Source: an uncultured bacterium (GTDB taxonomy: Bacteria; Pseudomonadota; Gammaproteobacteria; Burkholderiales; SG8-39). From it: DNA of 64,000 nucleotides. Where the stretch lies: the NCBI GenBank assembly GCA_965233165.1, contig CBDDRX010000009.1:20209-84208 (forward strand), written 5' to 3'. This document shows positions 39,728 through 47,299 of this stretch, piece by piece; position 1 is the first letter of the stretch; each line of letters begins with the position of its first letter. Under the pieces are notes generated by a model. That model had not been told where the DNA came from and did not search any database. It was given only the letters and a program-made list of their open reading frames with translations. A program made the translations under genes and the position numbers.

Positions 39728-41619
39728 GGCGCTACGAACGACCGCCGGCGGTCGACGAACTGCTCGAACCACAGCTCCAGCATGAGAAGCGCGAATATGC
39801 GATTGGACGCTTCCTGCCGTCCGGAAAAATGGTCGTCCAGCAACGCCGACACCTTCGAAGGCGCGAGCAGCCCGCGCCGCGCAATCCGGTCCTCGGAGAG
39901 ATGGTCGCGGATGAACTCCCTCAGCTCCCCTCGCAGCCACGGTTTGAGCGGCACATTGAAACCGTGCTTTGGCCGGTACAGGATCTCGCGCGGCAGGTAG
40001 CGTTCCATCGCCTTCTTGACGAGGACCTTCCCCTCGCCGCCGCTCACCTTATGGCGTCCGGGCACGGTAAACGCCCAGTCGACGAGATGGTGATCGAGGA
40101 ATGGGACGCGCGCCTCCAAGCCATGGGCCATGGTCATGCGATCCACCTTCGTCAGCATCTCGCTTACGAGTGTGCTCTTCACGTCCGTGTAGAGCTTGGC
40201 GGCCAGCGCCTCGCCGTGCGGCGCTGCGTCCAGGTAAGCCTGCGTCACGTTCTCGTCCCAGGCGCCGAGCACGGCGTCGCGGCACGAAGGAAGGAGCAGC
40301 TCCTCGAGCGCCTCACTCGTGTAGCAGGTCATCGAGCGCAGGTAGCGCTCGTCGCGGCTGCGAAATGCGCCGAGCCGGGCGTCCAGGCGCGCCGGGAGCA
40401 AGGGCCGGATCGGCGCTGAACGGAGCAGCCGGGCGACCCGCGCAAGCGCGCGGCTGCTGTAGAGGCCGGAAAGCTTCCGGAAATCTCCGTGGCGCCACAC
40501 GTACCCGCCGAATACCTCATCGGCCCCGTCGCCGCTCAGCACCACCTTCACGTGCCGCCGTGCAAGCTCCGAGAGGAAAAAAAGCGCAAATGCCGATGAG
40601 ATGGCGAAAGGTTCGTCCGCATGCCACGCGATGCGCGGCAACGCCGACACCAAGTCCGGGGTGAGCGGGAACTCGCGATGGCGGGTGGCGCAATGCGCGG
40701 CGACCTGCGCCGCGAACGGCGACTCATCGAATTCCTGAAGTGCTGGGAACGTGATCGAGAACGTTTCGATCGGCTCCGGGCTGGAGCGGCCGGCGAAAGC
40801 GACGATAGAGCTCGAATCAACGCCGCCGCTCAGGAAGGCGCCGACCGGCACGTCGGCGACCATATGGGAGCGCACAGCGTCGCCGAAGCGGCGGTCGAAC
40901 TGCTGCGAGGCTTCCTCGAGGCTCATGCTTTCGTTGCGGGCGGCGCGCACGTCCCAATACTGGTGTAGCGACGTACCCTCGCGGCCGACCGTGAGGTAGT
41001 GTCCCGGAAGGAGCTTCCTTACGCCGCGGAGAATGCTGTGCGGATCAGGGATGCTTAGCAGGTGGAAGTAGTCCGAAAGGGCGGCGTAATCCATGTCGAC
41101 CGCCACGCTGGGATCTGCGAGCAGCGCCTTCATCTCCGAAGCGAACAGAAACCGCGACGGACTTTTGAAATAGAACAGCGGCTTGATGCCCAGCCGGTCC
41201 CTCGCGAGGAGCATGGTCTGGTTGCGCGCATCCCAGATCGCGAGGGCGAACATCCCGTCCACTTTCTCGAGGAAGGACACGCCGTACCGCTCGTACAAGC
41301 GCAAGAGAACCTCGGTATCCGACTGGGAGCGAAGCGCTACGCCCGCGCCGGCGAGCTCCCGTGCGAGCTCGCGGTAGTTGTAGCATTCGCCGTTGTAGGT
41401 AATCCACACGGTCCCGGCTTCATTCCCCATCGGCTGGTGGCCGCCCGAGCTGAGGTCGATGATGGACAACCGGCGATGGCCGAAGCCCACTTGGCCGCGG
41501 ACCATGTGCCCGGCACCGTCCGGCCCGCGATGCGCGAGCAGGTCCGTCATGCGCTGCAACAGTCGGCGGTCGGCTGATGCAGAGGAGTCCAGTTCGTAGA
41601 CTCCGGCGATTCCGCACAT
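39724..41619 (-). CDS. AsnB-type glutamine-dependent amidotransferase, paralogue 3
   Basis: Start at ATG 41619 (MCGIAGVYELD...), with ITYNGECYNY, RDRLGIKPLFYF and LSGGVDSS. Confidence 0.85.
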   Translation of the reverse strand: MCGIAGVYELDSSASADRRLLQRMTDLLAHRGPDGAGHMVRGQVGFGHRRLSIIDLSSGGHQPMGNEAGTVWITYNGECYNYRELARELAGAGVALRSQSDTEVLLRLYERYGVSFLEKVDGMFALAIWDARNQTMLLARDRLGIKPLFYFKSPSRFLFASEMKALLADPSVAVDMDYAALSDYFHLLSIPDPHSILRGVRKLLPGHYLTVGREGTSLHQYWDVRAARNESMSLEEASQQFDRRFGDAVRSHMVADVPVGAFLSGGVDSSSIVAFAGRSSPEPIETFSITFPALQEFDESPFAAQVAAHCATRHREFPLTPDLVSALPRIAWHADEPFAISSAFALFFLSELARRHVKVVLSGDGADEVFGGYVWRHGDFRKLSGLYSSRALARVARLLRSAPIRPLLPARLDARLGAFRSRDERYLRSMTCYTSEALEELLLPSCRDAVLGAWDENVTQAYLDAAPHGEALAAKLYTDVKSTLVSEMLTKVDRMTMAHGLEARVPFLDHHLVDWAFTVPGRHKVSGGEGKVLVKKAMERYLPREILYRPKHGFNVPLKPWLRGELREFIRDHLSEDRIARRGLLAPSKVSALLDDHFSGRQEASNRIFALLMLELWFEQFVDRRRSFVAP

Positions 41620-41621
41620 GG

Positions 41622-42683
41622 CTATTTCCCCCCGACCCGCAGCATGCCGCTTCCGCCGCACAGGTCATAGCCATTCACCTGCTCGACGAGCTCGGCGAGG
41701 CGCGCTTCCACGTCGTCACGGCCGATGCGGTAGCGTCCATCCCGCATCGCGCCGATGACGAAGCGGCTGACGTCGATGTCGTAATGGATCGGGTCCTTGT
41801 AGCGGTTCAGGTCGTGGGTGATTTCCTTTACAAGCTGGAAGTCATACAGGCGAACGTTCGGCTCGTCGGCTACCCGGTCGACGAGAGCCCGCACGAAAGG
41901 AATGTGAACCGGGAGCCGCACGCTTTTCGCCGGGACATACGCGAGCGTGGAAAGCGGATGCAGGAAGAGATGGAACTGCACGTCGGGTGCCGCGCGCACC
42001 GCCCGCAGCAGATTGCGCTCGAGGCTTTCCTCCATTTCGCGAACCAGTCCCCGCGATGGCGCGCTGTCGCCCGTCCGGCAGGTTCCGTTCCACGCTTTCA
42101 GCACCGGGTCGGCGCCATAAACAAAGCGCGCATGCCACGAATCCAAACGGTCCAGGTCGGGTTCCCCATCTCCTCGCAGCGTACGCACCGAACGGCGTAC
42201 CGTGTCGAGCGAGAATAGGTACTCAATATTCGGTACGAGCGACGCGCGATACATGTAGTACGGGAACGGTCCCTGATCATCGCGCACCGCGTTCCATTTG
42301 CGATAGAAAGCCCCAGGGTCCAGACCCCAGATGACTCGCCTGACTTGGCCAGTGCGCAGCGCTTGCTCAAGGACGAGGAACTGTTCATAAGCAAGAGAGC
42401 CGGATATCGAAAGGCGCAGGGCACGTACGCTCCAGCTGCGATTGATATCCGAAGCGAGGAAGTTCTCCGTAAGCGACGATCCAATCACCACGGTGTCGTA
42501 GGACTGGTTGCGCGCCAAACCGGGATTCTGATGACGCTGCGACTTCGCGAAGTACGTTGGCGCACGGCTTGTAGGAATGCGGTAGTACTGGAGCGGATCG
42601 ATGTACCAGTTGAAGCCGGCTACGACCGCGACCACGGCGAGGAACACCGAGGCTGCCGAAACGAGGAAAGAGATGACCCGCAT
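41622..42683 (-). CDS. Membrane-anchored SGNH/DltD/AlgJ-like partner of the MBOAT (putative O-acetyltransferase periplasmic component)
   Basis: Start at ATG 42683 (MRVISFLVSAASVFLAVVAVVAGF, a single N-terminal anchor). Candidate SGNH block I is VVIGSSLTEN and block V is DPIHY. It lies immediately downstream of the MBOAT gene. Confidence 0.5.
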   Translation of the reverse strand: MRVISFLVSAASVFLAVVAVVAGFNWYIDPLQYYRIPTSRAPTYFAKSQRHQNPGLARNQSYDTVVIGSSLTENFLASDINRSWSVRALRLSISGSLAYEQFLVLEQALRTGQVRRVIWGLDPGAFYRKWNAVRDDQGPFPYYMYRASLVPNIEYLFSLDTVRRSVRTLRGDGEPDLDRLDSWHARFVYGADPVLKAWNGTCRTGDSAPSRGLVREMEESLERNLLRAVRAAPDVQFHLFLHPLSTLAYVPAKSVRLPVHIPFVRALVDRVADEPNVRLYDFQLVKEITHDLNRYKDPIHYDIDVSRFVIGAMRDGRYRIGRDDVEARLAELVEQVNGYDLCGGSGMLRVGGK

Positions 42684-44142
42684 CAGAACTGGAAGTACAG
42701 GAACTCGCTCACCGTTGTGAAGGTGAGCATGGACACCGCGATCATCAAGCCGACCACTCCTCCCCAGAACGGAGTGAGGCGGAAGGCAAGCCAGCGGTCC
42801 CATTCCGCGCCTTTTGCCCGCTCGCCCATGCCCTCGATGATGTGCTGGCTATTGGGGAGCAGGAACACGATCGCTAGACCCAGGGAGAGGAGAGCCATGC
42901 CGTCGCCCGGCATGCCGAGGCCGTGGGCGCCGGCCATGTCTTGCAGCATTCGCCACGCCGTGGGCATGTCGGGCGAACGGAAGAACACCCAAGCCACCAC
43001 CACGGCGGCGAACGTGAGCGCCGCGCCGGCCGACGTTTCGAAGCGCGAGACGGGTGCGCCGGCGAGTATTCGCTGACGCGCCGCTCGCCAGGCGTGATTG
43101 ACGACCAGGTATCCGCCGTGCAGTGCACCCCAGGCGACGAACGTCCAGGCGGCGCCGTGCCAGAGGCCGCCGAGAATCATGGTAGCCAGGAGGTTCGCAT
43201 AGCGGCGCGCCGGTCCGCGCCGGTTCCCGCCGAGCGGGAAGTAGAGATAGTCGCGGAGGAATCGCGACAGCGTCATGTGCCAGCGGCGCAGAACTCGATG
43301 ATGTTCGTCGCGCGGTACGGCGAGTCGAAGTTAAACGGCAGCCGGATGCCGAGCATGCGGGAAAGGCCTATTGCCATGTCCGAGTAGCCAGAGAAATCGA
43401 AGTAGAGCTGCAGCGTGTAGCCAAGCGCGCCCTTCCACGCCATCGCGGCCGTGAGCGCCTCTCCCCTGGCGGCCGCCTCGAACACCTTCGCAACGTCGGG
43501 CGACAAGCTGTCCGCGAGCACGCATTTCTTGAACAGGCCGAAGGCCAAGAACGCCAGGCCCACGGAGAAATCCCCGGCGCTGAAGCGGTAGACAGACGAC
43601 TCGCGGAACTGCGGCATCATTTCCCCGTGGTGCAGGATCGGCCCGGCGATCAGGTGCGGGAAGTAGGTGACGAAAAGCGCGTAGTGGACGAAATTGAACT
43701 CGCGGACTTCGCCGCGAGCCGTGTCGACGAGGAAGGCGATCTGCGTAAACGTGTAAAACGAGATCCCGAGCGGCAGGATGATGTCGGCCGGCCCGATGCT
43801 GCTGCCGAGCGCGGCATTGATGCTCGACAGGAAGAAGTTCGTGTACTTGAAGTAACCGAGAAGCGCCAGGTCTGCCGCCACGCCCAGTATGAGCACGGCG
43901 CGCGTGGCGGCGATGCGGCCGCTGCTGCGCAGCTTCCAAAGGGCCATGCCGAGCCCGAAGTTCGCCCCGATCGAGGCCAACAGCAGCGCCACGAACCGTG
44001 CATCCCAGTACGCGTAGAAGAAGACCGACGCGAGCGCGAGCCAGCCTGCGGCGACACCGCGGTGAATCCGGCCGAGTAGGAAGAACCCGGCCACGGTGAT
44101 CGGCAGGAAGACAAGCAGGAACGGATAGGAATTGAAGAGCAC
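42683..44142 (-). pseudogene. MBOAT (AlgI/PatA-type membrane-bound O-acyltransferase) interrupted by a 1-nt frameshift
   Basis: Two abutting ORFs: 43273..44142 (289 aa, GTG start, MLFNSYPFLLVFLPI...) and 42683..43276 (197 aa, ...[16 protein letters not shown]...GLWHGAAW). The first ends ...[16 protein letters not shown]. Shifting one frame there reads [21 protein letters not shown], so the canonical EFWRRWH motif is broken by loss of one G in its first TGG codon, near 43288..43290. Confidence 0.78.
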
Positions 44143-45338
44143 TACCCCCTCACCGTCTCCACAAGTCCTGCGACGCGGTGCGCGTAGGTATGGTGCGCCA
44201 TCACGTAGTCGTAGGTGTCCTCGATCATCCGGCGCCGCGCTGGCCCGTCGCGGAAGCGGTCAATGGCTTCACCAACATTGGAAAGGTCCTTGCGTACGGC
44301 GATGTAGTGCTCGTTCGGTCGCAGGATGCCGTTGTAGTCGCCCTCGAGCAGGATCTGCGCGGTCTTCGCCCCGATCGGCTCGAAGTGGCGAGACGAGATG
44401 CTCTTTCCCGAGATCTCCCGCGGCTTCCCGGCGTAGAACCTCTCGTACACATCCTCGAAAGTGGCCGCGCGATTCTCGTTGAGGTTGTACGCGCGCGCCT
44501 TGTCGAGAAGCCTGCCCCGGTCGTTCAGGTAGTAGGTGCCGGACTCGGCGCCGATCACTGCCTCGCAGCGATTGAGGAAGCGGTTCCATTCCTCCGCCGA
44601 CACCCGCTCTCGGCGAATATCGGTCGCCAGGCCGCGTTCCTTCCCATGCCGCTCGAACCACTCGATCAGGTCTGTGCGCTCCCGATCGCCCACGAAAGGC
44701 CAATAGATGTCGCCGATGAAGCCGACGTCGATGTCCCGAACCGCTCCAGGAAGATGGCGGTAGCGCTCCGGATTCAGGGCGTGCGGCATCTCCACGATGC
44801 GGCTGCCCTCGCATTCGCGGTAGAGGTATCTGGCAGCCTCGATCGGCAGCTGGCTGCACACGAACTCGGCCCCGGTCTTCCGGATGAATGCGATCTTCTC
44901 GTCGAGGATGTCGTACTCGTTTCCGATGAACATGACCAGTTTTCCGCGCCTCCGGTCGAACGCCGAGGCCGCCTTTGACAGGAGGGTCATGTCGTCACCG
45001 GCGGCCGAATGCGCCACCACGATGAGGTCGTACTGCTTCAGGCGGATCAGGCAGCGACCGAAGGTGACGAGGTCATTGATGTTGCACACTTCGACGCTCA
45101 GCGCAGTCGAACCGAGGAATGCGTCCTTCCAGTCTTGCATGTAGGACAGGCGCTCGTTGTAGTCGCGGAGGTGCTGGAAAACCCGGTTCACGAATCGGGA
45201 CCGCGCCAGCAGCGCGGGCGGGTGAGCGCCGTCGCCGAAGCCGAGCATGCCTCGCATGACCGTATCGATTGCGACGACCTGGCGCCCCACGCCGTTTGCG
45301 CAGAGGTAGAGCACTTTCAGCACGCTTGACCGGCTCAT
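44142..45338 (-). CDS. CgeB-family glycosyltransferase-like protein (Glyco_trans_1_2-type C-terminus)
   Basis: Start is probably ATG 45338 (MSRSSVLKVLYLCANG...); the track start 45389 would overlap the divergent gene. The C-terminus SSRHFEPIGAKTAQILLEGDYNGILRPNEHYIAV...HHTYAHRV resembles the CgeB/DUF3880 family. Confidence 0.58.
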   Translation of the reverse strand: MSRSSVLKVLYLCANGVGRQVVAIDTVMRGMLGFGDGAHPPALLARSRFVNRVFQHLRDYNERLSYMQDWKDAFLGSTALSVEVCNINDLVTFGRCLIRLKQYDLIVVAHSAAGDDMTLLSKAASAFDRRRGKLVMFIGNEYDILDEKIAFIRKTGAEFVCSQLPIEAARYLYRECEGSRIVEMPHALNPERYRHLPGAVRDIDVGFIGDIYWPFVGDRERTDLIEWFERHGKERGLATDIRRERVSAEEWNRFLNRCEAVIGAESGTYYLNDRGRLLDKARAYNLNENRAATFEDVYERFYAGKPREISGKSISSRHFEPIGAKTAQILLEGDYNGILRPNEHYIAVRKDLSNVGEAIDRFRDGPARRRMIEDTYDYVMAHHTYAHRVAGLVETVRG

Positions 45339-45379
45339 GGGCGCGCGCCGGGCGCTCGGGCCGCTAGAATTCGCCGCGC

Positions 45380-46363
45380 ATGATTCCACCGGTTCCGCTT
45401 CATTGTCCCGAGCATGCCGAGCCCTTGGCGGACGAGGGGCCGGGGGCCGCGCTTGTTTGCCCGCGCGGCTGCCGCTTTCCTTTCGTAAGGGGGATTCCGC
45501 GCTTCGTCTCCTCCGAGAACTACGCCGCCGCCTTCGGCAGCCAGTGGAAAATGTTCCGGAAAACCCAGCTCGATTCGTTCACGAAGACGTCGATCACGGA
45601 AGACCGGCTCGCTCGCTGCCTCGGCGGTTCGCTCGATGTCGTGCGAGGAAAGAAGGTGCTTGAGGCGGGATGCGGCGCCGGGCGGTTCACGGAGCTCCTG
45701 CTCAAGGCCGGTGCCGAAGTCTCGTCGTGCGATCTTTCCGAGGCCGTCGAAGCCAACTACGAGAACTGTGCACAGCCAAGTGGGTATTTCGTCTGCCAGG
45801 CAGACATCCGCAAGCTGCCCTTCAAGGAGCAGCAATTCGACTACGTCATCTGCCTGGGCGTCATCCAGCACACGCCGGACCCCGAGGCGACGGTCGCGGC
45901 CCTCGCGCGCCACGTTCGCCCCGGAGGGACCCTGGTCATCGACCATTACACCGGTGAGCGCCTGCTGCGACCGACGCAGACCATGCTTCGATGGGCTCTG
46001 CTGAAGTGTTCGCCCCGTTTCACGCTGGCGTTCTGCTCCAGGCTGACGGCCATACTGTGGCCGCTTCATCGGCTCGCCTTCCGCAATCGCAATCGCCGCA
46101 GCGGCCTCGTGGGACGCACGCGCCAGGCATTCATCTATCTCTCGCCCATCCTCGACTATCAGTACACCTATCCCTGGCTCAGCGAAGAGCTGGTGAAGGC
46201 GTGGGCCGTGCTGGATACCCACGATGCGTTGACCGACTATTACAAGCACTCGCGCAGCTCGGAACAGATCGCCACCACCTTGCGGAACCTCGGCCTGACC
46301 GACGTGCACGTTGCTTATGGCGGTAACGGTGTCGAAGGGCGCGCGCGCAGACCGGAAAGCTGA
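45380..46363 (+). CDS. Class I SAM-dependent methyltransferase with an N-terminal Trm112-like zinc-ribbon segment; the only plus-strand gene inside the glycan locus
   Basis: 327 aa. CPEHAEPL...CPRGCRFPFVRGIPRF, then VLEAGCGAGRFTELL, CLGVIQHTPDP and VRPGGTLVIDH. Confidence 0.8.
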   Translation: MIPPVPLHCPEHAEPLADEGPGAALVCPRGCRFPFVRGIPRFVSSENYAAAFGSQWKMFRKTQLDSFTKTSITEDRLARCLGGSLDVVRGKKVLEAGCGAGRFTELLLKAGAEVSSCDLSEAVEANYENCAQPSGYFVCQADIRKLPFKEQQFDYVICLGVIQHTPDPEATVAALARHVRPGGTLVIDHYTGERLLRPTQTMLRWALLKCSPRFTLAFCSRLTAILWPLHRLAFRNRNRRSGLVGRTRQAFIYLSPILDYQYTYPWLSEELVKAWAVLDTHDALTDYYKHSRSSEQIATTLRNLGLTDVHVAYGGNGVEGRARRPES

Positions 46364-46374
46364 GCGATATGGCA

Positions 46375-47280
46375 TTACGCGTGTGCCAGCTCGTAGCAGC
46401 CGTCCACGCCGGCCAGCATGCCACGGTGCCTCGGATAGCCTTGGCGGTCGATCTCAAGGGACTTGAGGAAGTCGCGGTGCTCTACCGGCAGACGCCGGTC
46501 CATCATCGCGTCGATCCGGTCCGGGAACATGCGCACCTCAAATAGCGAGATGGCGGCCCCGAGGTAGCGGCAGCGCAGCCCGGCCTTTACCGCCAAGGCG
46601 CCAAACTCCTCGGGCGAGTACACGTTAGCGATAGGACAGTCAGGCCCGTCGGTGGTCTTTGTGAACACCTCGCGCAAGCCGAGCGTCGGATGCGCCTGCT
46701 GCTTAATGCGCAGCGTGTAGGCAACATAGAGGTGAAGCCAGAGGCTGTCGTAGTTGTACACCATGATGCGCATCCGACCATCGGACGCAAGGACTCGCTT
46801 GAGCTCGACCAGCACCTTGAGCGGGTCCGGCGTGTGATGCACGACACCGGAGGAATGCACGTAGTCGACGCTGCCGTCCTCGAGTGGGATACGGTTGCTT
46901 GCCTCGTCGATCTGCAGGAACTCGCACGGAAAGCCATGAAGTTCCGTGCGCGCTTTCGCCTCTGCGAGCGATGACGACGAAACGTCTACCGCGCACAGTC
47001 GCCGCGGCTTCGAGTACACCCCGAAGCCGACGACGTCGTGCCCGGGTCCGCAACCGTAGTCGAGGACAACCTTTCCGTCCTGACCGGCGACTGGCATAAG
47101 CTCGATGTAGCCGGGATACTGGTCGTTTCGCCAGTGGAAATACTCGAGGGATTCCTGAGCGGACCCAAACTGATGGTGCAGCGTCACGTTAAAGCCCGTC
47201 CAGTAGGCAGTGCTGGATCCTTGCCTGCCTTCGATCTGCGTCCCCAAGCGGGACAGCACAGCACGCATAAACCGCTTCAT
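46375..47280 (-). CDS. Class I SAM-dependent methyltransferase
   Basis: 301 aa. VLDYGCGPGHDVVGF, YVHSSGVVHHTPDP and LASDGRMRIMVYN. Confidence 0.8.
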   Translation of the reverse strand: MKRFMRAVLSRLGTQIEGRQGSSTAYWTGFNVTLHHQFGSAQESLEYFHWRNDQYPGYIELMPVAGQDGKVVLDYGCGPGHDVVGFGVYSKPRRLCAVDVSSSSLAEAKARTELHGFPCEFLQIDEASNRIPLEDGSVDYVHSSGVVHHTPDPLKVLVELKRVLASDGRMRIMVYNYDSLWLHLYVAYTLRIKQQAHPTLGLREVFTKTTDGPDCPIANVYSPEEFGALAVKAGLRCRYLGAAISLFEVRMFPDRIDAMMDRRLPVEHRDFLKSLEIDRQGYPRHRGMLAGVDGCYELAHA

Positions 47281-47299
47281 CGCGGCCCCCCTTTGTTCC

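Noticed and set aside
43270-43295. Programmed ribosomal frameshift to rejoin the two MBOAT halves
   Set aside because: There is no slippery heptamer and no obvious downstream stimulatory structure. A -1 slip would also replace the conserved Trp with Leu. A mutation or sequencing indel is the simpler explanation.
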